Source: an uncultured Candidatus Saccharibacteria bacterium (GTDB lineage: Bacteria; Patescibacteriota; Minisyncoccia; Phycocordibacterales; UBA12088). Taken from it: DNA of 64,000 nucleotides. The stretch spans positions 164,710 to 228,709 of the forward strand of contig CAZMLK010000001.1 in NCBI GenBank assembly GCA_964567265.1. The letters run 5' to 3'. The first letter of the stretch is position 1, and the number at the start of each line of letters is the position of its first letter. The translations under genes and the position numbers were made by a program. This document shows positions 38,963 through 48,720 of this stretch, in pieces. A model generated the notes under the pieces. That model saw only the letters and a list, made by a program, of their open reading frames with translations. It made no database searches and was not told the origin of the DNA.

Positions 38963-39670
38963 TTGGAATCTCATATCACGGTTCTTGAGGGCAATCCGAT
39001 AGCGGAGCGTATGCTCCAAAGACTCCTACGGAGTAACGCGCTTATCCAGGATCACGTCATCCTCGCTTCCTGGAAACACGCACCGGCGTATATCAACGTC
39101 AAAGAGCTTTTTTCCGGGAGGCATCCTCGATCGGCACAAAACACCTGCATGGATCTCATCTTGCCGGTCGCAGGACTTGGGATCGACGTCGTCGTGGGTC
39201 CCGAATCGGGTGGTGTCGCGATCGCAGAAGGCTGCGCGCGGCTGCTTACCCGGCTTACCGCCCGGAAGGTGCATGCAGTCACTGCATGGAAACGGAGACG
39301 CAAGGATCCGCATGCTCCCAAATCCTTCTACCTGAAATCTTCTGACAAGAAGCTCATCCGGGACAAACGCGTACTCCTGGTCGAGGATGTCATCACAACC
39401 GCCGATTCGGTCGCGGCAGTGGCGGCGTTGGTCACGAGGCATGGCGGTACCGTCATGCGCGTGCGGGTGGTCGTCGATCGGAGCGGCATGGATACGGAAG
39501 GCTTGTGGAACAAGCTACCGTTCCCGACCTCGAGCATTCTCAGGGTTGCGATCCCGACGTGGGAAAACGTATCGGTGTGCCCGCTCTGCACCGACAAGGT
39601 GCCGGTGAACTCCAGTCTCGGCAGGGGCCGGATATTTTTTGAAACGCATGAAAGACATGCCGCTGCGTGA
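38963..39670 (+). CDS. Phosphoribosyltransferase (orotate-PRTase-like)
   Basis: PRPP-binding motif RVLLVEDVITTADS; adjacent to OMP-decarboxylase-like gene. Confidence 0.55.
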   Translation: MESHITVLEGNPIAERMLQRLLRSNALIQDHVILASWKHAPAYINVKELFSGRHPRSAQNTCMDLILPVAGLGIDVVVGPESGGVAIAEGCARLLTRLTARKVHAVTAWKRRRKDPHAPKSFYLKSSDKKLIRDKRVLLVEDVITTADSVAAVAALVTRHGGTVMRVRVVVDRSGMDTEGLWNKLPFPTSSILRVAIPTWENVSVCPLCTDKVPVNSSLGRGRIFFETHERHAAA

Positions 39671-39796
39671 TTCGACCGTCGATGCTTTCGAGCCGCCGTT
39701 TCCTACGGAAACGGCGGCTCTTTCTTTTTCGCAAATGAATGGTACTGTAGCGGGCGGATAAACCATGCGCCGTACGAGGCGCGCAAGCAGGAGACA

Positions 39797-40579
39797 GTGA
39801 CCATGAGCAGACTGACCCCTATAGTTTTCGTCGCTCTGGATGGAATCGAAGAACCAAAGGGATCTACCGAATTGGTGAAGATTCTCGAAGGACTCCTCAG
39901 AGTCCCTGGGGTCACTCCCGAAACAGTCGGATTCAAGTTCAGCCAGTCTGCATTTCTTGCAGCCGGCATTGCGTCCGTACCACTCTTTCTCGATGCCATC
40001 GGCATGCCCGCGGACTACCAAATTTTCCTCGATACGAAATTCGCGTCGGAGGAGCGCGAGCTCATTCGCGCGCTGCAAGTGGTGCAGAGGGTGTACCCCT
40101 CGGCCTATGTAAATATCTGGGCACGACATCTGCAGCCGTCACGATTTGCCTCGCAAGAGTTCGTCGAACTGATTCGCGACCTGAATGTACTCTCACTCAT
40201 TACGTCCTCGTTCACTGGAGAGAATGACCATGCGGACGCACTGCTTCAGTCGCGTATCGACACTGCGTGCGAGCTCGGGTGTTCAGGGGTGATTATTCCG
40301 GGACATTGCCCTCAATGGGTCTTCAAGTATCCGAAGGGCAATCATCCAAATTCAAATGCGTGCCAGGTCTGGGCGACAGGCATTCGGTCTCCCTGGTATA
40401 CGATCAATGGTGTTCACATGAGCCCTGTCAGTCCGTCGATGGCAATCAAAAAGGGTGCTGACCGGATTATCGTGGGTACGCAGATTATGCGTCCACTCAT
40501 GCCTCCCTACAGAGAAACCGCCATGAAATCGCTCGGGCAGGTTCTCGCGGAAGTCCAGGAGGCGTTCACAAGTACCTGA
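39797..40579 (+). CDS. Orotidine-5'-phosphate decarboxylase-like (TIM-barrel)
   Basis: IVFVALDG, GFKFS, IFLDTKFAS resemble the OMPdecase LIVALD, YKVG and DxKxxD motifs; could also be a related HPS-family enzyme. Confidence 0.5.
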   Translation: MTMSRLTPIVFVALDGIEEPKGSTELVKILEGLLRVPGVTPETVGFKFSQSAFLAAGIASVPLFLDAIGMPADYQIFLDTKFASEERELIRALQVVQRVYPSAYVNIWARHLQPSRFASQEFVELIRDLNVLSLITSSFTGENDHADALLQSRIDTACELGCSGVIIPGHCPQWVFKYPKGNHPNSNACQVWATGIRSPWYTINGVHMSPVSPSMAIKKGADRIIVGTQIMRPLMPPYRETAMKSLGQVLAEVQEAFTST

Positions 40580-40607
40580 GACCGCGCCGCCCTTTGGTGA
40601 ACCGAAT

Positions 40608-40650
40608 GACCACACCCCCGATGCCTTGCGGCATCGGGGGTGGTTTTTTC
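40608..40650 (+). terminator. Rho-independent terminator
   Basis: ccacacccccgatgcc-ttgc-ggcatcgggggtgg then ttttttcg. Confidence 0.7.
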
Positions 40651-40826
40651 GAATCGGACTCTCGATTCCTGCAGAATCAGTACACCTTTCAATTGACTCG
40701 GTCACAAGTCGTATGGCCTGAGAGGCCATACGCTAGCGACCCCACTCTGAAATAATCTCTCCCAGAGATTATTTCAGAGTCTTCGATTCCCTCCCCCGGC
40801 ACTCTTCAATACGCTTCGCTTCTCGG

Positions 40827-40907
40827 TGCCGGGGGAGGGACTCGAACCCTCAAGCCTTGCGGCATGCGATTTTGAGTCGCACGTGTATACCATTCCACCA
40901 CCCCGGC
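40827..40907 (-). tRNA. tRNA-Leu (anticodon CAA)
   Basis: Type-II tRNA, anticodon loop CTCAAAA, GGTTCGAGTCC T-arm; 81 nt. Confidence 0.85.
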
Positions 40908-41005
40908 AGGGGTTGACCAGTGAGTTTGAGTGTAGCAAATCCGTGGCCTACCGCAATTCTTCATATCGTTTTCGGCTGCCTGCCCGGCCATGTTACAATC
41001 TTCGC

Positions 41006-41977
41006 ATGCCACAGACACAGCAGTACGAAACTTCCATATTCTGGGTACCTATTGAAAAAGTAGTGCCCAACCCATACCAGCCGCGGCGTGATTTCGACGA
41101 GATGCGTCTCAAGGAACTTGCCGATTCCATCCGCCAGTACGGCGTCCTCCAGCCGCTGGTCGTCACCAAGAAAGAAATCGAGAGCGGGGATGGCAACATC
41201 ACCGTCGAGTATGAGCTCATCGCCGGTGAACGGCGCCTCCGCGCCTCGAAGCTTGCCGGCCTCTCGCAACTCCCGGTCCTGATCCGTTCCCGCGAGGAGA
41301 CCGATCAGATGAAGCTCGAGCTCGCCATCATCGAGAACCTCCAGCGCGAGGACTTGAATCCTGTCGATCGCGCACGCGCCTTCAAGCAGCTCGCGGACGT
41401 ATTCAAATTCACGCACGCGGATATCGGCCGCAAGGTCGGACGAAGCCGCGAGTATGTCTCGAACTCGATCCGCCTCCTCCTCCTTCCTGAAAACATCCTG
41501 AACGCCGTGACGCAGGGCATCCTGTCGGAAGGACACACGCGTCCCTTGCTCATGCTCCATGACCGTCTCGCCGAGCAGGAGACGCTCTTCTCAGAGATTC
41601 TCACCAAGAAGCTGAATGTACGCGAAGCGGAATCGATCGCACGTCGCATCGCGATCGACAAGCAGCGGAAGCGCATCTTGAATCCGGAAATGGTCGCGCT
41701 CGAGCGCGAGCTCACGGAGTCGCTCGGCACCCGCGTGCATATCGAGGAAAAGGACTCAGGCGGGAAGCTCGTGATCGATTACTTCTCTCCGGAAGACCTT
41801 CGCAGCATCCTCTCTCTCATCCACCAGAAGCAGAACCTGGAGCGCGAGATCTCAGGCGAGCCGGTCGCGGTCTCCGGGCAGCCTGCGCTCTCTCCGGAAG
41901 AAGCGAAGGCGTTCATGAATGACGTACCGCCGAAGGAAGAGGAGGACCTGTATTCGGTGAAGAACTTCTCGCTGTAA
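41006..41977 (+). CDS. parB: Chromosome partitioning protein ParB/Spo0J
   Basis: ParB box GERRLRAS, HTH region, N-terminal PYQPRR; start trimmed to avoid tRNA overlap. Confidence 0.85.
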   Translation: MPQTQQYETSIFWVPIEKVVPNPYQPRRDFDEMRLKELADSIRQYGVLQPLVVTKKEIESGDGNITVEYELIAGERRLRASKLAGLSQLPVLIRSREETDQMKLELAIIENLQREDLNPVDRARAFKQLADVFKFTHADIGRKVGRSREYVSNSIRLLLLPENILNAVTQGILSEGHTRPLLMLHDRLAEQETLFSEILTKKLNVREAESIARRIAIDKQRKRILNPEMVALERELTESLGTRVHIEEKDSGGKLVIDYFSPEDLRSILSLIHQKQNLEREISGEPVAVSGQPALSPEEAKAFMNDVPPKEEEDLYSVKNFSL

Positions 41978-41983
41978 GCAGAA

Positions 41984-42035
41984 ATAACCCCACGAAAAAT
42001 CCCGCACGCGTGCGGGATTTTTCGTGGGGTTATTT
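41984..42035. terminator. 26-bp-arm perfect palindrome/bidirectional terminator between parB and rel
   Basis: aataaccccacgaaaaatcccgcacg|cgtgcgggatttttcgtggggttatt. Confidence 0.7.
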
Positions 42036-43571
42036 CCCGGCCTCGCCGAGCGTGGTCCGGATATGCTTCCGCGCGGTCGCGGTCTTCGCGAGCTCCAGCC
42101 ATTTCGTGGTCGGATGCGCGTTTTTCTTCACGATAATCTCGACGATATCGCCGTTCTTGAGCGACGTGTCGAATTGCACCAGCTTCCCGTTCACCTTCAC
42201 GCCCGCGATATGGTCTCCGATGTCGGAGTGGATCGCATACGCGAAATCGATGGGTGTCGAATCGATGGGGAGGTCGACGACGTCGCCTTTCGGCGTGAAC
42301 ACGAAGACGCGGTGGCTGAAGAAATCGCCCTTGAGCTCATTAAAAAACTCATCAGCTTCCGCGAGCTCTGCCTGCGTCTGCGCCACATCCTCGATCCAGC
42401 GAGGAATATTTTCCTTTGAATACGAGACCGTGTCTCCGATAGAGGTGGTGTTGGTGCCTCCGCGACGAATGCGGGGAAGCAGTGACCAGAGCCACATGAA
42501 CCCAGACTGTCCGCCGCCCGGATTGCCCTCGGCTGATTCCTTGTATGAAAAATGGGACGCGATGCCGAACTGCGCCTCACGGTGCATGGACTCGGAGCGG
42601 ATCTGGATCTCGATGATGCCACCGTCTCCGGTGAAGACGGTGGTGTGGATGGACTGGTAGCCGTTCGGCTTCGGGAAGGCGATGTAGTCCTTGATCTTCC
42701 CGGGAAGCGGCCGCCACAGGCTGTGCACGATCCCGAGCGCGCGGTAGCAGTCCGCGATGTTCTGCACGATGACGCGGAGCGCGACGGAATCGTAGATCGT
42801 TTCCATGTCGCCCTTCTTCCGCTGCACCTTCTTGAAGAAGCTGTAGAGTCCTTTCACGCGGGTCTCCGTGCGGAAGTTCGTGAATTTTTCCGACGCGAAT
42901 TCCTTCTTGATGCTTTTCTGGATCTTCTCGATATCGACGCCGATCTCCTTCATGCGCTCGTCGAGCATCTTCTTCGCGGCTTCGTATTCCTCAGGAAGCA
43001 CGTAGGGGAATGCAAGATCCTCGAGGTCGCGCTTGAGGCGGCCCATGCCGAGACGGTCTGCGATCGGAGCATAGATCTCGAGGGTCTCGAGCGCGATCCG
43101 CTTCTGCTTCTCCGGCTTCACATGATGCAAGGTCTTCATGTTGTGGAGGCGGTCCATCAGCTTGATGATGATGACGCGCACGTCCTGCGAAGTCGCGACG
43201 AAGAGCTTGCGGAGGCTCTCCACGTGGCGCTTCGCGCCGCGATACTTGAGCGCGCCGAGCTTCGTGACGCCTTCGACGAGGAAGAGGACGTCCTTCCCGA
43301 ATTCCTTCTCGATGGTCTCGTGGGTGATATTCACGTCCTCGATCGAGTCGTGGAGGAAACCGGCCGCGATGGTCTGCGCGCCCATGCCGAGCTCAGCCAG
43401 GGACTTCGCGGTCTCGAAGAGATGGAGGAAGTAGGGCTCGCCTGAAAGGCGCTGGTGCCCGGCGTGCGCCTCCTTTGAGAATTCGTACGCCTTGCGGATC
43501 AGGGTCTCGTCCTCGGGGGTGAGGCTCCCGGTGACGGTGAGTATTTCTTTGACATCCGGCATGAAATTCAT
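42030..43571 (-). CDS. rel: Bifunctional (p)ppGpp synthetase/hydrolase Rel (short form, no ACT domain)
   Basis: HD hydrolase domain (HD..ED), RelA/SpoT synthetase domain, TGS domain; start trimmed to MNFMPD. Confidence 0.9.
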   Translation of the reverse strand: MNFMPDVKEILTVTGSLTPEDETLIRKAYEFSKEAHAGHQRLSGEPYFLHLFETAKSLAELGMGAQTIAAGFLHDSIEDVNITHETIEKEFGKDVLFLVEGVTKLGALKYRGAKRHVESLRKLFVATSQDVRVIIIKLMDRLHNMKTLHHVKPEKQKRIALETLEIYAPIADRLGMGRLKRDLEDLAFPYVLPEEYEAAKKMLDERMKEIGVDIEKIQKSIKKEFASEKFTNFRTETRVKGLYSFFKKVQRKKGDMETIYDSVALRVIVQNIADCYRALGIVHSLWRPLPGKIKDYIAFPKPNGYQSIHTTVFTGDGGIIEIQIRSESMHREAQFGIASHFSYKESAEGNPGGGQSGFMWLWSLLPRIRRGGTNTTSIGDTVSYSKENIPRWIEDVAQTQAELAEADEFFNELKGDFFSHRVFVFTPKGDVVDLPIDSTPIDFAYAIHSDIGDHIAGVKVNGKLVQFDTSLKNGDIVEIIVKKNAHPTTKWLELAKTATARKHIRTTLGEAGK

Positions 43572-43873
43572 TATGGTCAATTCTGGACTTAGGCGCAATG
43601 ATGCGCAGAAATGGAAGCACGAGTATGTATCCGTCACCCTTTTTTGTGGAGTGCTTCGGAGCGCTGCTCCGGGCATGTCACCGGTTCGTACCGAGGGCAG
43701 AACACCGTAAGGCCTCGAGGCGTTCGGGAGGCCCCCCGACCAGTTCCGATCATGACAACGGGGATTATCTCAGTCGGGGAAAGCGAGGGTATGCTGCGGG
43801 GCGCGTTGGCACACCTCGCAAAGGTCCCAGAGCGAGCTGCCGGTTGATCGACTAGCAGTCAAAGGAGAATCTC

Positions 43874-44140
43874 GTGACTGATTTTCACCAAGCAGAAGTT
43901 GAGCGCCTGAAGGGGTTCGGTGGCACCGCTCAGGAATCAGGTGCGCATGTCGTGACGGACCTTCAGGAGCGGTTGCGCGCGCTTATACTCGCGGGCAAGA
44001 AGATTCCTGAGGAACTCAAGCACGCCTTCCATCCAAATCGGCTCGCGACGCTTACCGAGGCATATGAGGCGGAACGTGATGCGCCGAAATGCGAGCGATG
44101 CGGGCAGCCGAAGAGCGCTGGCGATTTCGGTTGCAGCTGA
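43874..44140 (+). CDS. Small hypothetical protein (88 aa) with C-terminal CxxC...C motif
   Basis: GTG start with AAAGGAG RBS; CERCGQPKSAGDFGCS. Confidence 0.4.
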   Translation: MTDFHQAEVERLKGFGGTAQESGAHVVTDLQERLRALILAGKKIPEELKHAFHPNRLATLTEAYEAERDAPKCERCGQPKSAGDFGCS

Positions 44141-44198
44141 GATGTGACGAACCCGCCCGGCGCTTTGCGCCGGGCGGGTATCTCTTTTCATATTTTTC

Positions 44199-46556
44199 TT
44201 ACGCCTTCAAGAATGCGATCGCATCCTCGACCGTGAACTTCTCAAGGTCTGTTCCGGGCGGGAGCATGATGTGCCGGAATCCTTTCTTCAGATACAGCCC
44301 CGACTTCGATTCGAACACCTTCAGCATCTTCTTCGTCTTCGGGTGGAGGCCGATCTCAGCGGCGACCTTCTCGCCCTTCCGGCCCTTCTTTTCCTCGGCA
44401 AGGATCTCGAGTGCGCGGTGGATGTCGATGGTGTACACATCATCGGGCGGTTTCACCGAGCGGAAGTCGCCAGCGTGCACGATATACGGGCCGAACTTCC
44501 CGACATTCGCGGTGATCGGCTCGCCGGACTCAGGCTGGTTGCCGAGCACGCGGGGAAGTGAGAGAAGTTTGAGCGCTTGCGCTTCGGTGAGCGTGATCGG
44601 ATCGATCTCTTTCGGGATGCTCGCACGGCGCGGCTTCGGAATATCTGCCTTCTTCTGGCCCTTCTTCTTCTCGGGCATCTCGCCGACCTGGACGTACGGG
44701 CCGAAGCGGCCGTTCATGACATAGATCTTCTCGCCGGTTTCCGGATAGATTCCAATTGGTTCTTCGGGTTTCACTTCGCTGCCGTTCTCGAGGCGCGCAC
44801 CTTTGCAGTCGGGGAAGCGCGAGCAGCTCATGAACTTGCCGTTCCGCGAAAGCTTGAACACCATCTCGCTGTCGCAGACCGGACACTTGAATTCCTTCGG
44901 CGCATCGCCGAGGTTGGTGATCTTCTCGGCCTCCTTGTCGCGCGCATGCACGTCCTTAAGAAACGGCTTGTAGAAGTCCTTCAAGGTCTTCACGTACTCC
45001 CGTTCGCCGCGGGCGATGTCGTCGAGCTTGTCTTCCATGTCAGCGGTGAAAGAGTCACTGATGTAGTCGGTGAAATATTTTTCGAGGAATGAGGAAACCA
45101 CGTCGCCGGTATCTGTCGGGGTGAGGGTGCGGCCCTCCTTCACGACGTAGCCGCGATCGGCCAAGGTCTTCATAGTAGACGCGTAGGTAGACGGGCGTCC
45201 GATGCCGCGCTTCTCGAGTTCCTTGATGAGGCCGGCTTCGGTGTAGCGTCCCGGCGGCTGCGTCTCCTTGCCTTCGGCATCGAGCTTGAGGATATCAACC
45301 GGCTCGCCGATTGCGACTTTTGGAAGTTCGACATCCTCGCCACGTGCGCGTGGATCGGCCCGGAGCCAGCCGTCGAACATGACGCGGGATCCGTTCGCTG
45401 CGAAATCAGGAACGATTGTATTGCCCGGACGTGCGACGATGCGCGTACGGAGCACTTCCGCATCCGCCATCTGCGAGGCGATCGTGCGATCCCAGATGAG
45501 CTCATAGAGTTTCTTCTGCTCATCATTCAGGCCTGCCGACTTCTTGTCGACGTGCGCGGGACGGATTGCCTCGTGCGCTTCCTGTGCGTTCTTGCTTTTG
45601 GTCTTGAACATGCGCGTCTCGACGTACTTCTTCCCGTACTCCTTCTCGACGAGCGCAGCGATCGCGGTCGTTGCAGACGCCGAAAGATTCACGCTGTCGG
45701 TACGCATGTAGGTGATGTGGCCGGCTTCATAGAGCTTCTGGGCAACGCCCATGGTGCGGGCAGGGGAAAAGCCGAGCCGGGTCGAGGCAACTTGTTGGAG
45801 TGTTGAGGTGGTGAAGGGCGGCTTCGGGGTGCGCTTCATCGCGGTCTCCGAGACATCCGTGATCGCCCACTTCTCCTTGCGGCCGATTTCAAGAATCTGG
45901 TCTACCAGTTTCTTGTCGCGCGGCTCCTCGCTGCAGGCGAAGGTGATTTTTGCGCCGCCCTTGGTTTTTGCATCCGCGGTAATCACCCAGTACGCCTCCG
46001 GGATGAAGGCGCGGATCTCGCGCTCGCGTTCCATGAGGATACGGAGCGCAGGTGATTGTACGCGACCGGCAGAAAGGCCGTAGCGGACTTTCTTCCAGAT
46101 AAGGCCGGAGAGATCGTATCCGACGAGGCGGTCGAGCACGCGGCGCGCTTCCTGCGCCTCGCGGAGGCTCTGATCGATGGTGCGGGGATGGTTCATCGCT
46201 TCCTGCACCGCTTCCTTGGTGATCTCGTGGAAGGTGATGCGCTTGGTCTTCTTCTTCGGGAGCTTCAAGGCTTCGGCCAAATGCCATGCGATGGCTTCGC
46301 CTTCGCGGTCGGGGTCGGTCGCGAGCACGATCTCGGTCGCCTTGTCCGCGAGCGCTTTCAGTTCATGGATGACATGCTCCTTGCCGCGCGAGACTTCATA
46401 GCGCGGCACGAAACCGCCGTCGATGTCGATGGCGTCTTTGTTGCTTTTTGGAAGATCGCGCACATGGCCGACCGATGCACGCACCGTGTACTCATTATTG
46501 AGATACTTGGCGATGGTCTTCGCTTTTGCAGGTGATTCTACGATGAGTAGCTTCAT
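44199..46556 (-). CDS. topA: DNA topoisomerase I
   Basis: TOPRIM N-terminus MKLLIVESPAKAKTI, active-site Tyr region, C-terminal Zn-ribbon repeats; 785 aa. Confidence 0.95.
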   Translation of the reverse strand: MKLLIVESPAKAKTIAKYLNNEYTVRASVGHVRDLPKSNKDAIDIDGGFVPRYEVSRGKEHVIHELKALADKATEIVLATDPDREGEAIAWHLAEALKLPKKKTKRITFHEITKEAVQEAMNHPRTIDQSLREAQEARRVLDRLVGYDLSGLIWKKVRYGLSAGRVQSPALRILMEREREIRAFIPEAYWVITADAKTKGGAKITFACSEEPRDKKLVDQILEIGRKEKWAITDVSETAMKRTPKPPFTTSTLQQVASTRLGFSPARTMGVAQKLYEAGHITYMRTDSVNLSASATTAIAALVEKEYGKKYVETRMFKTKSKNAQEAHEAIRPAHVDKKSAGLNDEQKKLYELIWDRTIASQMADAEVLRTRIVARPGNTIVPDFAANGSRVMFDGWLRADPRARGEDVELPKVAIGEPVDILKLDAEGKETQPPGRYTEAGLIKELEKRGIGRPSTYASTMKTLADRGYVVKEGRTLTPTDTGDVVSSFLEKYFTDYISDSFTADMEDKLDDIARGEREYVKTLKDFYKPFLKDVHARDKEAEKITNLGDAPKEFKCPVCDSEMVFKLSRNGKFMSCSRFPDCKGARLENGSEVKPEEPIGIYPETGEKIYVMNGRFGPYVQVGEMPEKKKGQKKADIPKPRRASIPKEIDPITLTEAQALKLLSLPRVLGNQPESGEPITANVGKFGPYIVHAGDFRSVKPPDDVYTIDIHRALEILAEEKKGRKGEKVAAEIGLHPKTKKMLKVFESKSGLYLKKGFRHIMLPPGTDLEKFTVEDAIAFLKA

Positions 46557-46714
46557 GGAGAGAAAGAAATACTAGAAGCGGCAACTTCTGTCAACTGTGC
46601 GCTTAAAAATCATCAATCGATACGTTCACTAGAGATGCTAGCACGGATGCGCGTCTGTCTATACATCTTATGTGCAAAGTGATAGTCTTTTTTCCGGAGA
46701 AAGGAAGGTGTCCG

Positions 46715-46999
46715 ATGCCTGGAATTCGCTTTACGCTCAAGATATCTTGCGAGGAGCCGAATCACGAAGGAGAGGTCATTTATGAAGTCAGCGGTGAAAC
46801 TGGATTTCAAGAGCTACTCATGTACGGACCGGAAGCAGATGTGCTTCGTGTGTTGGTTTCCAACATAGGAAGCCTGTGCCTCGTCAATCATGGTTTTGAA
46901 GCGACGGTGTTCGAGGTCCATCGCCCCGATGGAAGTACTGAGGACGTGGCAACATGGACCAATCTTCCACTCGGGAAGTATCAAATTCGCGTGGAGTAG
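46715..46999 (+). CDS. Hypothetical protein (about 94 aa)
   Basis: AAGGAAGG RBS before MPGIRF; no homology recognised. Confidence 0.35.
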   Translation: MPGIRFTLKISCEEPNHEGEVIYEVSGETGFQELLMYGPEADVLRVLVSNIGSLCLVNHGFEATVFEVHRPDGSTEDVATWTNLPLGKYQIRVE

Positions 47000-47054
47000 A
47001 CTCGCTACCAGCTGCAGAGTTTACAGCCGCTGCCCCTCTGGGGTAGCGGCTGAT

Positions 47055-47903
47055 TCATTTCGCATGGACCTCACCCATCCGCTCGACGATGAGGTTCTTG
47101 AGCTCCATCGAGGAGAGGAGGGCATTCGCTTTCGAAATAGGTAGATCGAGCGCGCGGATGAGCTCGTCGCGGGGAAGCGGGTTTTGGATGAGAGCGATGA
47201 CTTTTTGTTCGTCAGGTGAAAGGGTTGAGAAATCGAAGCTCGGGTTTTCGCCTGAAGGCGAAAACCCGAGCGCTTCCAAGATATCCGCACTCTTCGTGAT
47301 CGGTGTCGCCCCGAGCCGGATCAGCATATGCGGGCCGTACGAGTGTGCATTGAAAATCGAGCCGGGTACCGCGAACACGTCCCGATTGTATTCGGTCGCC
47401 AATCTCGAGGTGATGAGCGTTCCCGATTTTTCTCCCGCTTCGATGACCATGGTCGCGTGCGACATGCCGGCCATCAGGCGATTGCGGCGCGGGAAGCTCC
47501 AGGTGGTGGCTTTGAAATCCGGTTCGTATTCAGAAAGCAGTCCGCCACCCGAATCGATGATGCGTTTCGCGAGACTGCGATTTGATGCCGGATATAAAAC
47601 TGAATCCGAAAGCCCGGAACCTGGAATCCCAAGCGTGTAGAGTTCGGCACCGAGCGCGGCCTCATGCGCGAGTGCGTCGGTGCCGATCGCGAGCCCGGAG
47701 ACGATGCCGATTCCGTATCCGCGCAGTCCCTCGATCAGTGTCTTCGTCACTTCCTTTCCATATGTGGTCACTGCGCGCGAGCCGACGACCGCAAGTAATT
47801 TCAAATCATCGCTCGGCAATGTTCCACGCACAAATAATTTTTCCGGAACATCCGGAATCTCGCGGAGAAGGGGAGGAAACTCATTTCGTGTGAGCTTCTG
47901 CAT
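47055..47903 (-). CDS. dprA: DNA processing protein DprA (Smf)
   Basis: Rossmann-like DprA core LLAVVGSRAVTTYG, GIVSGLAIGTDALAHEAAL; classic dprA-topA adjacency; start uncertain. Confidence 0.8.
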   Translation of the reverse strand: MQKLTRNEFPPLLREIPDVPEKLFVRGTLPSDDLKLLAVVGSRAVTTYGKEVTKTLIEGLRGYGIGIVSGLAIGTDALAHEAALGAELYTLGIPGSGLSDSVLYPASNRSLAKRIIDSGGGLLSEYEPDFKATTWSFPRRNRLMAGMSHATMVIEAGEKSGTLITSRLATEYNRDVFAVPGSIFNAHSYGPHMLIRLGATPITKSADILEALGFSPSGENPSFDFSTLSPDEQKVIALIQNPLPRDELIRALDLPISKANALLSSMELKNLIVERMGEVHAK

Positions 47904-47929
47904 ACAAATATATTGTACAAGCTCCTCGG

Positions 47930-47963
47930 TATAAAAAGAAAACCGGCAGCGTATGCTGCCGGC
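47930..47963 (-). terminator. Rho-independent terminator (minus strand)
   Basis: ccggcagc-gtat-gctgccgg followed on the minus strand by UUUUCUUUUUAU. Confidence 0.55.
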
Positions 47964-48015
47964 GCGCTCCATGAAATGTGGAGCAAGTGATCATCAGGTC
48001 CGATGAGAGTCGAGG

Positions 48016-48435
48016 TTAAGCCTCGAGACGGTCGCGCTTGTCGGCGTGGTTGAGGCCGCGATGGCTGGTCCGCCGATGGCGCTTCCAGGTGCGATCCGTG
48101 TCGTGAGCAGCACGCATGCGAGTGTCACGGCCACGTACCGGTTCGAACTTGGGAGGATTGAAATCCTCGTCTCCAGAAAACCAGAGACTTGCAGGGGTAA
48201 CGCCGGAAACGTAGGGGAATGTCACTACCCCATCGACACAGCAGTCCTCATCGGCGCCGGTGTCGTGTCGAAGGCACAAAATCGTGCCGGGCTCCCTATC
48301 TGCAATAGCTATAGCTGTGCAGGCGCATTCTCGTCGCTTCTTGGCGTCGAGAGCGGTCATGACCAAGTCCTCGGGGGTCATTCCTGTGTACACGAGGAGG
48401 TCGGTTCCGAATCGACGCGCGTTCGAAGTCATCAT
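48016..48435 (-). CDS. Hypothetical protein (139 aa), Cys-containing, basic C-terminus
   Basis: ORF with downstream terminator; no motif recognised. Confidence 0.4.
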   Translation of the reverse strand: MMTSNARRFGTDLLVYTGMTPEDLVMTALDAKKRRECACTAIAIADREPGTILCLRHDTGADEDCCVDGVVTFPYVSGVTPASLWFSGDEDFNPPKFEPVRGRDTRMRAAHDTDRTWKRHRRTSHRGLNHADKRDRLEA

Positions 48436-48720
48436 TTCGCCATTCCCTGTTGGCGTTGGTTGAACAAACGGTCACTAGACCACAAGCTTTTTACCATGGC
48501 AATGCTATATTGTCAAGCTCAACCTTTTACACACATTCAGGCGTATTTGACGGCACAGAGACCCGTTGCTACGCTACCCACATGAAGCAGCTTGTTTCGT
48601 CATCCTCGAGCTCGTCCCTCCGCTAAGCGGGCTTTTGGAAGCTTCTAGACTTGAAGAGACCAGAAACCCGCGAAATGCGGGCATTTTTAATTAAAAAGCT
48701 GAGGATATATACTACACACC